Notes: generated by a model from the sequence alone, not told the origin. A stretch of DNA of 43,173 bases from an uncultured Mesorhizobium sp. (GCA_964480545.1 CAYZQP010000002.1:1-43173); one strand, 5' to 3'; shown: positions 19,744 to 30,031, numbered from the stretch's first letter. Numbers and translations: made by a program.

Positions 19744-21291
19744 ATGCGCGCAAAGTGGCATGGCCTGATGCGGCTCTGGCGGGAACCAGGCGAGGCATTG
19801 CGCGACTGGCTGCTCGCACGCTATCCAATCGGAGCCAATCTCACAGATCCGCGCGGCGGCGGGCCAATTGTTAAGGTTGCCATAGGATCGATCGGTGAAA
19901 GTGTACTAGCCCGGTTTCTGGAGATGCTCAACGCGGCCGGCCTTGGCTATATGGTAGGCGGGGCTGATCGCTGGAGCCGTGCCGTTCATCTTCATGAGAA
20001 TGATCGCGCCAGGGCCCTCGGCATAATAGAGGAATTGTTGGGCTATCAAGGTGAAAGCCTGCGGGTTCGTCTGCCCAAAGACTTCAATGCCAGGCCAAAC
20101 CAGACTCACAGGCTTGGTTACATCGAACTTCGCCCCGTGGAACGGACATCCTCCGAAACACGCCTGATGGCCTGTTCGGAAATAGGAGTCTACTTCTGGG
20201 TCCGGGAAATTTCATACTCAACTGAAGAGTTTTGTGCCTCGCCGATTCCAAACTCCGCAGTGAACCGACTTCGTGTCAAAACTTTTGATAGCCTGTGCGC
20301 TCGCCGCGCATCGCTCGACGGCGCTGTAGATCGCTCGCAGTACGTAGTGAACTTTCCTGTAGACGCAGTTTTCACATGGGTGGATGACCATGACGAGGCG
20401 TGGCGTGCCTCAAGGGAGGAATTTACTCCTCCGCAGTCGCGAGATGATCACCGCTCGAACCATAACGAGCGGTTTCGCAACCACGACGAACTTCGCTACT
20501 CACTGCGCTCGCTCGAAATGTTCGCTCCATTTGTTCGGCATGTCTTTCTGGTGACGAATGGCCAGACTCCGGAATGGCTGAATCGGGATTGCGAGCGGTT
20601 GACGGTAGTGCCCCATTCAGAGATTTTTAGCCATAAAGAGTACCTTCCGACATTCAATTCGAGTGGAATAGAAGCTCAACTCCATCGGATAAGTGGTCTT
20701 TCCGAGCATTTCTTATATTTCAACGATGACTTTTTTCTTGGTGATTTCTGCGTACCAGAGGATTTCTTCTTTGCAAACGGAGCGCTAAAGTTCTTCCCAT
20801 CGTCACAATTTGTTTTCGACGAAGATATCGACCTTGAACGTGAGGCATATATACTCGCAGACTACAATGCGCTGCAGATCGTAAGGCAATCCAGTGGAGG
20901 GCGCGGTGGATCCAGCATCATGCAGCATGTGCCATATCCCTGTAGCCGCGTTCTCCTTGAGAGTATGGAAAGACAATGGCCAGCGTCATTCGACGCGGTC
21001 GCTCGCGAAAGATTCCGCTCGCCGAACGACATCCGGCCGATCGCATTCTTGCAATATCACGCGGGATTTCTGAGCCGAATGGCATTCCCATCGAACATCG
21101 GCCACACCTATCTTCCGCTTTGGAACCCATTGGTTGAATCCAGGATGCGGTCATTGCTGCGCAACAGGGATTCGAAGACAATATGCATCAACGATGTCGG
21201 GGTAGATGATCACGCGGTTGAATCTGCTGGTAGCATGGTTAGGAGCTTTCTCCACGACTACTTTCCATTCCCGTCCGAGTTTGAACGTTGA
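19744..21291 (+). CDS. Stealth family hexose-1-phosphate transferase
   Basis: CR1 PVDAVFTWVD; CR2 RFRNHDELRYSLRS, LPTFNS, YFNDDFF; CR3 HVPYP/RFRS; CR4 ICIND. Confidence 0.9.
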   Translation: MRAKWHGLMRLWREPGEALRDWLLARYPIGANLTDPRGGGPIVKVAIGSIGESVLARFLEMLNAAGLGYMVGGADRWSRAVHLHENDRARALGIIEELLGYQGESLRVRLPKDFNARPNQTHRLGYIELRPVERTSSETRLMACSEIGVYFWVREISYSTEEFCASPIPNSAVNRLRVKTFDSLCARRASLDGAVDRSQYVVNFPVDAVFTWVDDHDEAWRASREEFTPPQSRDDHRSNHNERFRNHDELRYSLRSLEMFAPFVRHVFLVTNGQTPEWLNRDCERLTVVPHSEIFSHKEYLPTFNSSGIEAQLHRISGLSEHFLYFNDDFFLGDFCVPEDFFFANGALKFFPSSQFVFDEDIDLEREAYILADYNALQIVRQSSGGRGGSSIMQHVPYPCSRVLLESMERQWPASFDAVARERFRSPNDIRPIAFLQYHAGFLSRMAFPSNIGHTYLPLWNPLVESRMRSLLRNRDSKTICINDVGVDDHAVESAGSMVRSFLHDYFPFPSEFER

Positions 21292-21319
21292 TGGCGCATA
21301 TAGGCCAACATTGTAGTGG

Positions 21320-21690
21320 CGGCTGAAGTCGTCTAACACGTTTGGCAATCGGAACTGACGGCCATCGGCAAGCCGATCCACCATGAAGTGCGTCGACCAG
21401 GTACGCTCGGCTCCCTGAGAACTGATAGCTCGTCCGGCCCTCCCGCTTAAGGCGCTTGCGCGGCTTGATGCGAGGGTTCAGCTCCTGTTACCGGTTGATC
21501 CGTTAGACCTGCTTGTGGTTCCAGCCATGGCCAGCTCTGCTGCGCGGATACAGGAAGCAGATCGGCGAGGCGCTCATTCTGATCTTCAAGTTTCGGATCG
21601 TAGCGGTAGCAGGTCTCGCTGACGCCAAATGTCCGGCATTCAAGCGCGACGCTCACCTCGCGTAGCGCCACCGCAATCACGGCCAGGTCC
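21320..21690 (-). mobile_element. Degraded IS3-family transposase OrfB fragment
   Basis: Across frames: CRTFGVSETCYRY, CFLY...GWNHKQV*RINR*QELNPRIKPRKRLKRE, WSTHFMVDRLADGRQFRLPNVLDDFSR. Contains stops and frameshifts; no terminal repeats recognised. Confidence 0.85.
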
Positions 21691-21716
21691 TGTTCGATGC
21701 AGGGTCAACCAACTGC

Positions 21717-23207
21717 CTAACGAAACCGCTCCCATTCCGGAGCCTGCGGGAACAACTGTTCCAGTTTTTCAGATGCAGACTGATAGAATGTCGCGTTTGG
21801 CTGGTTTGTTCCCCCCGAGTTAATACAGAGGGCCTTGATCGATGGTACATCCAGTCTATCCAGAGCATCTCTCCAGAATACATCCTGGTTTGAAACATAC
21901 ATATACTGTATATCCTCTGGAACAGAACTCCTGGTATAAAATGCATAGTAATGATATAGAAAGCTTGGGACATTTACGTCGCTTATAGACCTGAATTTCG
22001 ATCTACGCGTCTGATCGACCTCAGGTCCTATGATTCCAATCAATTCAGTCATGACATTTTTGTTAATGACGTACGGGGCATGCTTCAAAATTCTGGTCGG
22101 GTAATATCCGAAAAGGCGCTGGATTATCCGTGCCGAATTTCGCGATGCATTGAGGTGGTCGTGCGAACGCTTACTATTCTCCCCGCTGACCACCCCGGAG
22201 CTTTCAGGGAAGAATTTTGTAACACCATTCGCATGAACAAAATCGTCGGGCGTCACAGGGGAGGAAACAAAGAAGTCATCATTCAGGTAGATGAACGTAT
22301 CTGACAGTCCAGATATGAGATGGATACAACTCTCGATAGCGTGCGAGTTAAAGGTCGGCAAATATTCCTCGTCGATTATATCCGAATGATTAACCCAGTG
22401 TATTCTGCTGTGATCTTGTAGCCAGTCGGGCCTTGAGCAATTGGTAACAATGAAGATATTACGTACCCAGTCTGCATTCTGCCGGATCGACCGGAGGCAG
22501 AATCTCAATTCATCGAATGATTGAAAGCGTGAAGGCGCAGTCGCGTCCGACGAGAACTCGTCGCCGCCCGAAAGCGCTAACTTGTATAGAGATTGCCATT
22601 CCGGATCCGCATGGTTCACCCAGGTTATCACGACGTCGATCGGGGAGGAGTAGGAGTTCATCGGGAGACCATCCAGTATGTCCGTCACGTCGTTGATCCC
22701 GGGCGCAGTCAACGGCTTGACGTTGTCGACATCGATCACGCGCAAATCCGCGTTATCGCGGTTGGAGGAAACCCATAGAGTTGAACTTACGGCCCGATAA
22801 CATTCAATGTCCAGCCGTCCTGTGTGGCCACCATAGGACCACCTCCCCGAAATTGCCGGGGCACGAGCCGCACATCTGGCAAGCGCCATGATCGATCTAG
22901 CCTGAATTTCCTCTCCCTCTATGACCCACGTCAAGTCAGGTATCGAGTCCGCCAGGATCCGGAGAACTGGAATCAGGTCTACTTCAAAAACTCCAATGCG
23001 GGGTATATGCGATCTCAGCATGACCACACCGTGCCTTGAGCCGATTTCACCGATAACTTCTTCTGGCGAGCGGCCCTTCGAAAGACGCCCCGGACGGACG
23101 AGCAAACCGGACGCAAGATTCCACTCACGCCGCGCCCACACAGATGCAAGCTGCCAGATTTCCCTGCGATACGACCATTGAAGAAGCGGGGCAATTGCTG
23201 GGGGCAA
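21717..23207 (-). CDS. Second Stealth family protein
   Basis: PIDVVITWVN, RFQSFDELRFCLRS, LPTFNSHAIES, YLNDDFF, HAPY, KFRS, LCINS. TTG start uncertain. Confidence 0.85.
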   Translation of the reverse strand: MPPAIAPLLQWSYRREIWQLASVWARREWNLASGLLVRPGRLSKGRSPEEVIGEIGSRHGVVMLRSHIPRIGVFEVDLIPVLRILADSIPDLTWVIEGEEIQARSIMALARCAARAPAISGRWSYGGHTGRLDIECYRAVSSTLWVSSNRDNADLRVIDVDNVKPLTAPGINDVTDILDGLPMNSYSSPIDVVITWVNHADPEWQSLYKLALSGGDEFSSDATAPSRFQSFDELRFCLRSIRQNADWVRNIFIVTNCSRPDWLQDHSRIHWVNHSDIIDEEYLPTFNSHAIESCIHLISGLSDTFIYLNDDFFVSSPVTPDDFVHANGVTKFFPESSGVVSGENSKRSHDHLNASRNSARIIQRLFGYYPTRILKHAPYVINKNVMTELIGIIGPEVDQTRRSKFRSISDVNVPSFLYHYYAFYTRSSVPEDIQYMYVSNQDVFWRDALDRLDVPSIKALCINSGGTNQPNATFYQSASEKLEQLFPQAPEWERFR

Positions 23208-23441
23208 AGTCAGTCTTTCCTACTGCATACACAAAGCACAACGTGCTCTCGAGTACCCACAGCAGTTTAGCGGCATAGGGAAATCGCGTGAGAACGCATC
23301 TCGGCTTCGGCAGCCGCGAGGAGCCCGAGCACTTCATCTCGACTCCAATTGGGTCCCCTATTTAAACCGTGTTCGAATGATCAATCAAGGTCCGCCATTG
23401 TTGAACCACCCCCGGTTGTGCTGGAGGCTGATTGCTTTGGA

Positions 23442-24923
23442 TCACGCTGCCAGTCTCTGCGCATCGAGGTAACCGCCAATCTGTGTGTCATATCCTTCAG
23501 GCATACGCACAATCATATCGTGGACGCCACCAGCTCGCGAAGCTGCCAGTATCAGATCAGAAGACGCATCAGGATCGAAGCGCGAAATGTTCTCAGCAAT
23601 TGTGCCAGCAAAAAGCTGAACATCTTGCGGAAGATACCCGACATATAGACCTAGTTTCCCTGGTGCCCATTGGTCCAGCGACGCGCCATCCAGCCGAATG
23701 CTCCCGCGCGCAGGGGGCCAAACCCCGGCGATAGCGCGAACAAGTGAGGATTTGCCGGATCCGCTTGGACCGATGATCCCAAGCCCGTCGCCACTCTTTA
23801 GTGCGAGGCTAGCATCTTGAACAATCATCTGGCGTTCACCGGGTACCGCGACAGCGACACTCTCGACGGAAAGTGTGTTGGCCGGCGGCGGAAGATCGAC
23901 AGATGTAAAGTCCCCGGGAAATGCCAGCAGCAGTTGATTAAGTCGCTTCCAGCTCTGCCGGGAAGCGACAAAGCCCTTCCAGTTTGCAATTGCAAGTTCA
24001 ATAGGTGCAAGCGCACGACTGGTCATGATTGAGGCAGCGATAATGATGCCCCCGGTCGCCTCACCCTTGATAACCAGCCAGGCACCTATGGCCAGGATGC
24101 CGGATTGCAACATCAGCCGGAACACGCGAGATATAGTCCCCAAAGCGCCCGCAACATCGCCAGCCTGGGCGCTGGCGTCCTGATATTGTGCGTTGATGGA
24201 CTGCCAGCGTGAGATAATCCGCTCGCCAAAGCCCATTGCCTGTACGGCCTCGGCATTACGTCTTGCGGCTTCTGCCATGGCATTGCGCATCGAGGCGATT
24301 TCACTAGCCTCACCGGTTGGGCCCTTCGTGCGCAACTCTGTCAGAAGGGTCAGAATCATGAGTACAACTGCCCCGCCGAGCGCAACGACACCAATCCAGA
24401 AATGAAAGATGAAGCAGATGCAGATGTAAAACGGGAGCCATGGCAGATCGAAGAGTGCAGTGGGCCCGGTCCCCGAAAGGAATGAACGGACGCTGTCCAG
24501 GTCACGAAGCGGCTGTAGGCCATCTCCTGCCGTACGCACCCGCAAGGGGAGCTGCATGACAATACGCAGCACGCTTCCTGCCATGCGTTTGTCCAGCGCC
24601 ACGCCGAGCCTAATCAGCAAACGCGACCGGATCAATTCCAGCACGCCCTGAAACGTGAAGAGCATGGCGGCCATAGCGCAGAGAGCCAGCAGTGTGGGCA
24701 TACTTCGCCCTGGCAGCACCCGATCATAGACCTGCAGCATGAAAATGGCACCGGTCAGCGCAAGGATGTTGATGACAGAACTGATCAGCGCAATGCCACC
24801 AAACGCTTTGCGCATTTGTGACAAGGCGTATGATAAAGCCGACTTTGCCGAAGAACGCGATACGTCAGAAGCTGTCATCTTGAGCTCTGATCTTTCTGAT
24901 GTAACGGACACCTCGGACTGCAT
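23442..24923 (-). pseudogene. Type I secretion ABC transporter (PrtD/PrsD family), internally deleted and truncated
   Basis: MLQVYDRVL, FDLPW, RALAPIE, GPSGSGKS, GYLPQDVQLF, GYDTQIG, then a stop. ABC signature and Walker B are missing; no PrtE/HlyD gene follows. Confidence 0.85.
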
Positions 24924-25189
24924 CTATTTCACGAGGGTCAGTACTTTTCTCGGATAGAGAACCGGAATAGCGGAGTCAATCTAGCGTTATTTGTACCTTC
25001 GCTGATACAATTTAGCGTAGCTGCCCCGCCATTTCCCTGGTCTGGGTTTCATCTCAACGGAGGTTGTCCGTCAGAGGCTTGGGTGCGAGGTGTGATTGTC
25101 ACAACGCACTGCTGGCATTCGGCTGCGCTTCCGCGAATAACATAGAAAATACACTTGGACGCAAATTCCTTCGCCGAACTGCGGGTGAG

Positions 25190-25340
25190 GCCGTGTTTGC
25201 TCGCCATATCTGCCAGGTTGTAACACAGAGCTGCGCTCCGTCGCCTGTGCCACGTCGCGCGCCACCTGCTCGACGAAGGCGCGCGTTTTGGACGGGCGCG
25301 TGAGATTGCCAGGGAAGCCGACAATTGCAGGGAATGCCAT
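25190..25340 (-). pseudogene. NAD(P)H-dependent FMN reductase (MsuE/SsuE-like), N-terminal fragment
   Basis: MAFPAIVGFPGNLTRPSKTRAFVEQVARDVA, a frameshift to YNLADM, then similarity is lost. Starts 11 bp after the tauC stop. Confidence 0.75.
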
Positions 25341-25351
25341 TGTATGTGCTT

Positions 25352-26233
25352 TCAAGCCTTCCCGGACCAGGGGATCAGCCTGCGCTCCAACCAGCGCAGG
25401 ACGATCTCGATGGCGAAGGCAATTGCCGCGATAATGAAAATGCCGAGCACGACAACGTCAGTGACAAGGAACTGCGCTGCCGACTGGATCATGAAGCCCA
25501 GGCCCTCGGTAGCTGCGATCAGTTCCGCAGCCACAAGCGTTGTCCAGCCAGCACCGAGCGCGATCCGGAGCCCGGTGAAGATGTTGGGCAAGGCGCTGGG
25601 AAGAACCACCTCGCGAAGCACCTGCGCCCGCGTGGCACCGAGAGTGCGCGCAGCGTTGATGCGCTCCTGGCTTGCGCCGCGCACGCCGGCGGCTGTTGAA
25701 AGCGCAATGGGAGCCAGCATGGCGACGGCAATGACCACGACCTTGGAGGTCTCGCCGATACCGAGCCAGATCACCACAAGTGGCAGGTAGGCCAATGGCG
25801 GGATTGGCCTGAGAAATTCCAGCAGCGGATCAAATATGCCGCGACCAACCGGGCTCGCACCAATCGCCAGACCGACCGGGATGCCAATGCCGGCTGCAAG
25901 TGCGGCGGCCGAGGCAACGCGCCCGAGACTGGCCCACAGATGATGCCACAGCGTTGCATCTACATAACCGGCCGTCGCCACAATCATCGCCTTGCGCGCG
26001 ACGGCCAGGGGAGATGGCAGGAAAACCGGCGAGACAAGCTCCAGCGCTGCCGCTGCCCACCAGAGAACGAACAGCGTCGCAATAGTTGCCGCGCTGATGA
26101 GCAGCACCATGCGCTTTTCGCGTAGCTCGGGAGCAAGCTCCTCGCGCATTCTCCCCTGCGACGGAGGCACGACAGTCGCCAGCCTTGGCGCCAGCTCATG
26201 CGCGACAGTGCTGGCGCGCGCAACGTCACTCAT
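25352..26233 (-). CDS. tauC: Taurine ABC transporter permease
   Basis: FLPSP, LRPIPPLAYLPLVVIWLGIGE, GWTTLVAAEL; ATGA overlap with tauB. Confidence 0.88.
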   Translation of the reverse strand: MSDVARASTVAHELAPRLATVVPPSQGRMREELAPELREKRMVLLISAATIATLFVLWWAAAALELVSPVFLPSPLAVARKAMIVATAGYVDATLWHHLWASLGRVASAAALAAGIGIPVGLAIGASPVGRGIFDPLLEFLRPIPPLAYLPLVVIWLGIGETSKVVVIAVAMLAPIALSTAAGVRGASQERINAARTLGATRAQVLREVVLPSALPNIFTGLRIALGAGWTTLVAAELIAATEGLGFMIQSAAQFLVTDVVVLGIFIIAAIAFAIEIVLRWLERRLIPWSGKA

Positions 26234-27003
26234 GCCGTCTCCCCCGCATAGATCGCCTCAGCCAGTTCCGACCGTCTGAGCTGGAATTCGGCGGAGGCAC
26301 GCAGTTTCACCGGCGTCTCGCCCCGCGCAATGCGCTGCGCGAAATCGACATGCAACGTCTCTACAATGCGTCCCGGTCCCGGTGCCATAACAACAATGCG
26401 CGTCGCCAGAAGCAGCGCCTCGTCGATACCATGTGTGACCATCAGAACCCCGGAGCCGGAGTCGCGCCAGACCTGCAACAGCAGGCCCTGCATGCGCTCA
26501 CGTGTCAGCGCATCCAGCGCGCCAAGCGGCTCGTCCATCAAAAGAAAGCGGGGTTTCGCGGCCAGCGCACGGGCAATGCCAACACGCTGCCGCATGCCGC
26601 CCGACAGCTCCCAGATGCGCTGGTCGGCAGCCTCGCGCAGCCCAACCCGTGCCAGGACATCAAGCGCCGCTGCACGGCGCTCTGTCTTGCCTGCGCCCGC
26701 GACGCGCAACGCAAAACCAACATTTTCGGCGACCGTAAGCCAGGGGAACAGCGCATCATCCTGAAACACCATCGCACGGTCCGCGCCCGGGCCCACGGTG
26801 GGCGAGCCGCCGGTTGTGACGCGTCCTTGTTTCGGCTCTACGAGACCTGCCGCAACTGAAAGAAGCGTGGTCTTCCCGCAACCGGATCGGCCGGTCAGCA
26901 CAACGAACTCACCCTGCGCCACAGACAACGATGCGTCCGTGACGGCAGGCTGGCGCTGACCATCATATTGGACAGTGATCTTGTCGAGTACGAGTGTTGT
27001 CAT
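26230..27003 (-). CDS. tauB: Taurine ABC transporter ATP-binding protein
   Basis: GRSGCGKT, GPGADRAMVFQ, LSGGMRQRVGIARAL, LMDEPLGALDALTRE. Confidence 0.88.
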   Translation of the reverse strand: MTTLVLDKITVQYDGQRQPAVTDASLSVAQGEFVVLTGRSGCGKTTLLSVAAGLVEPKQGRVTTGGSPTVGPGADRAMVFQDDALFPWLTVAENVGFALRVAGAGKTERRAAALDVLARVGLREAADQRIWELSGGMRQRVGIARALAAKPRFLLMDEPLGALDALTRERMQGLLLQVWRDSGSGVLMVTHGIDEALLLATRIVVMAPGPGRIVETLHVDFAQRIARGETPVKLRASAEFQLRRSELAEAIYAGETA

Positions 27004-27077
27004 TCGTGTCAACTCAAGGCCGCCAGCTTCAAATGACGAAGAGAAGCCGGCGGCCAATCGCGCAGGGAGGAGCGCAA

Positions 27078-28085
27078 TCAGTTGGAGGCAGCGATGGCAT
27101 CGGTGACGTACTTCACCGACACATAGGGAGCGTAATCCGGAAGCACAGCGTCTATGCGCCCCTGTTCCTTCAGGAAGGCAGATGTCTCGGTGATCGCCTT
27201 TACGGTGGCTCCACCAAGAAACGCCGGAGACGCCTGCTCGGCAAGCGGCGGGAACACATAACCCTTGAGCAACAGTGGTACGTCATCGACCTTTGCGCCG
27301 GTCACCTGCGCGATCTTTTGGGCTTCCGCAGACTGTGCGTTCCAGCTCTCGGGCGATTTCAGGAAAGCGGCATAGGCATCGCCGGTCGTTTTCACGAAGC
27401 CGGTTACAGCCTCCGGATTCTTGTCGGAGAAGTCCTTGCGTGCGATCCAGGCGTCAAAAGTTGGCGCACCCCATTCCGCAACTTTTGCGGAGTCCAGAAC
27501 CACCTTGCCCGAGGTGCGGATCTGTCCAAGCGCCGGATCCCAGACATAGGCCGCATCAATATCGCCACGCGCCCAGGCCGCAGCGATTTCCGGCGGGCGC
27601 AGGTTGAGAATTTCGACGCTTTTCGGATCAACGCTCTCGTGCCTGAGCGCCGCGAGCAGGCTATAGTGCGTTGTCGAGACGAAGGGCACAGCGACCTTCT
27701 TGCCTGCAAGATCCGAAACCTTCTCGATACTCGAGCCATCGCGTGCAAGCAGTGCTTCGGATTCACCAATCAGGCCAACGATGAAGATTGTCTCGATCGG
27801 CAGCTTCTGGCTCGCCGCAGCAGCCAGCGGGCTTGAGCCAACATACCCGATATCGATCGCGCCCGAAGCAATGGCAGCTATGACATCCGCGCCGGAATCG
27901 AACTTGCGCCAATCTATGGTCGCACCCAGTGCCTTTTCGTAAAGGCCATCAGCTTGCGCAACCTTCGACGGCTCAACGACCGTCTGGTAGCCTATCGTGA
28001 TCTTTTCCTGAGCACTGGCCGCAAATGTTACCAGCAATGCGGCTGCCGCTGTGGCTGTGAAAAGCCCTCTTCGAGAAATCTGCAT
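27078..28085 (-). CDS. tauA: Taurine ABC transporter substrate-binding protein
   Basis: WRKFDSGA, GSSPLAAA, VPFVSTTHYSL, AAWARGDIDAAYVWDP; SRRGLF Tat-like signal. Confidence 0.9.
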   Translation of the reverse strand: MQISRRGLFTATAAAALLVTFAASAQEKITIGYQTVVEPSKVAQADGLYEKALGATIDWRKFDSGADVIAAIASGAIDIGYVGSSPLAAAASQKLPIETIFIVGLIGESEALLARDGSSIEKVSDLAGKKVAVPFVSTTHYSLLAALRHESVDPKSVEILNLRPPEIAAAWARGDIDAAYVWDPALGQIRTSGKVVLDSAKVAEWGAPTFDAWIARKDFSDKNPEAVTGFVKTTGDAYAAFLKSPESWNAQSAEAQKIAQVTGAKVDDVPLLLKGYVFPPLAEQASPAFLGGATVKAITETSAFLKEQGRIDAVLPDYAPYVSVKYVTDAIAASN

Positions 28086-28126
28086 CTATCCCTCCATCGT
28101 TCGGTTGTGAGGGAAAGGTGCTATAT

Positions 28127-28161
28127 TCTATCTACTCTGTAGAGATTGCCGCGTTCCAAAA
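28127..28161. promoter_or_regulatory. TCTA-N9-TAGA palindrome plus GCGTTCCAAAA box upstream of tauA
   Basis: TCTA-tctactctg-TAGA at 28127-28143 and gcgttccaaaa at 28151. The same pair occurs upstream of cmoO. Confidence 0.6.
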
Positions 28162-28193
28162 TTTCACACGATACGGGAAAAGCAAACCGCGTC

Positions 28194-28976
28194 TCAGTCT
28201 GGAAGCTTCACGCGCAGTTCGCCTGCCTCAACACGAAACGGCAGGATGTTCTGCGGGATCGGCAACGGGCAGGTCGTGAAGGCGGAGAAGGCGCAGGGCG
28301 GATTGACCGCCTTGTTGAAGTCGAGCACCACAGTCGTGCCCTTCGGCTCCGGAAACAGGAAGCGCGACGCCGGATAGGTCTCGCCTGCCGTCTGGTCGCG
28401 AAACACGAAATGCGGCGCGGTTGGCGAGCCGTGCGTGGGGTAGAGTTCGACGGATTTTCCCTCGTGTTCGAACACTGCCTTGTGGGTCACTTTCGCCGGC
28501 GCAAATGCGCCGACCACATTCTCCACTTCAACCTCGAAAGGCTGCTTCAGCTCAACCCAGTCGGCAACGATGCGCCAGTCTGGATCAATCGGAAAAATCG
28601 GTATTTCGGTTACGGAATGCCGTGCGGGAGACTCGCGGTCGCGGATGCGCAGCACGGTCGCGCCGTTCACCCCGATAGCCTCGATGAGCAGGCGGCCAGC
28701 TTCCAGTTTCGGCGAGCCAGGACGTGTATCGACCGTTTGAGGTTCGCCATCGACGGGCGTGAAAATCAGGCCGCTATCTTCGCCAAGGTCGAAGGTACCA
28801 GCGTGTTCCGGGCCCACATCAAGCTGGATGGTGTTGTCAGCCGCAATGCCAAGAGTTGAAACCCCGACCTCCAGCGGCCAGCGCCCGATAATGTTGAGCC
28901 AGCCATCCTCCGCCTGAAGCCGCGACAGGCGCAGCTTGCGCCAGGCTTCGATTTCGCCGCGATAGGTATCACTCAT
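28194..28976 (-). CDS. DUF1684 family protein
   Basis: AWR...EDGWL N-terminus; FRDQTAGETYPASRFL, LDFNKAVNPPCAFSAFTTCPLP, LPFRVEAGE. Confidence 0.85.
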   Translation of the reverse strand: MSDTYRGEIEAWRKLRLSRLQAEDGWLNIIGRWPLEVGVSTLGIAADNTIQLDVGPEHAGTFDLGEDSGLIFTPVDGEPQTVDTRPGSPKLEAGRLLIEAIGVNGATVLRIRDRESPARHSVTEIPIFPIDPDWRIVADWVELKQPFEVEVENVVGAFAPAKVTHKAVFEHEGKSVELYPTHGSPTAPHFVFRDQTAGETYPASRFLFPEPKGTTVVLDFNKAVNPPCAFSAFTTCPLPIPQNILPFRVEAGELRVKLPD

Positions 28977-28993
28977 CCAACTCTCCTCGACAC

Positions 28994-30031
28994 TCAGGCA
29001 ACTGCGCGCCCCACCTCGTCATTGTTTTGTCGCCAGCCCAGCGCCGGCGCAACCTCGTGGACGAAGTCGTGCATGACCTGGCGATAGTCTTCCTCAGGAA
29101 AGTCATAAGGCAATTCCATGCGGAATTCATCGACCAGTGGCACCAGTGGATCACGCGACAGCTGATCAAGGATTTCAGCTGAGGTTCCGATGATATCGGG
29201 CAGAAACATTGTCCGGCGCTCGCCATTTGGCTGCAGCGTGCGCGCATGACGGCCAGCAGCATAGGCACGGTAGCGCTCGCGCGTCACGCGGTCGGCGCTG
29301 TCGAATGGGACGATCACCCTGCCAAGTCCGACACGTGGCCGCCGCGCCGTCGCCCAGTGCTTGCGAAAGAGCTGCAACTGGCTGAGCTGCGCTTCAAGGA
29401 AGTCGTCGGTCTGCTCGGCCGTGGTGACATTGCCGATCAGGTAATTGAAGCCGGTGCGCGCAGCCCACTCGGCCGAGCGCAGCGAGCCGCCGCCGTACCA
29501 GAGGCGATTGGTCAGGCCCGGTGCAACAGGCTGGATGCGCGGGCGATACTCGCCAATGGCCGATGACAGCCGCGTCGACTCATCGCCAAGAGGCTCGCTG
29601 CGCAGCGCCTGCAAAAGCCGCTCCGCCCGGCGATGCGAATAATCCGGAGCGCCGCCGTCACTGAACAACTCCCCCAGCAGCGCGGCATGCGGTGGCGGGC
29701 CAGCACTCACGCCGACGTTCAGGCGGCCGCCCGACAAAACATCGACAGTGGCAAGGTCTTCCGCCAGCCGGAACGGATTCTCGTAGCCAAGCTGGATCAC
29801 CGCGCTGCCAAGTTCAATCTTCGAGGTGCGCTGTGTCGCGGCGGCAAGAAAGACGGGCGCGGAGGAAACCCCGCGCTCGAGATGGCGATGCCTGATCCAG
29901 GCGCTGTCAAAACCCAGCGCCTCGCCGTGCTCAAACAACTTCAGCGTATTTTCCAGCCCCTGCAGAGGCAGGTCCTCCGGGTAATTGCCCGGCGTCAAGA
30001 AGCCGATGCGCCTGATGGTGAAGCCGCTCAT
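28994..30031 (-). CDS. Luciferase-like (LLM) flavin-dependent oxidoreductase
   Basis: GFDSAWIRHRHL, ENPFRLAEDLATVDVLSGGRLNVGVS, LWYGGGS. Confidence 0.88.
   Translation of the reverse strand: MSGFTIRRIGFLTPGNYPEDLPLQGLENTLKLFEHGEALGFDSAWIRHRHLERGVSSAPVFLAAATQRTSKIELGSAVIQLGYENPFRLAEDLATVDVLSGGRLNVGVSAGPPPHAALLGELFSDGGAPDYSHRRAERLLQALRSEPLGDESTRLSSAIGEYRPRIQPVAPGLTNRLWYGGGSLRSAEWAARTGFNYLIGNVTTAEQTDDFLEAQLSQLQLFRKHWATARRPRVGLGRVIVPFDSADRVTRERYRAYAAGRHARTLQPNGERRTMFLPDIIGTSAEILDQLSRDPLVPLVDEFRMELPYDFPEEDYRQVMHDFVHEVAPALGWRQNNDEVGRAVA

Noticed and set aside
28145..28161. TTGGAACG (minus strand) as a sigma-54 -24 box, here and at 38048
   Set aside because: No correctly spaced -12 TTGC at either site.
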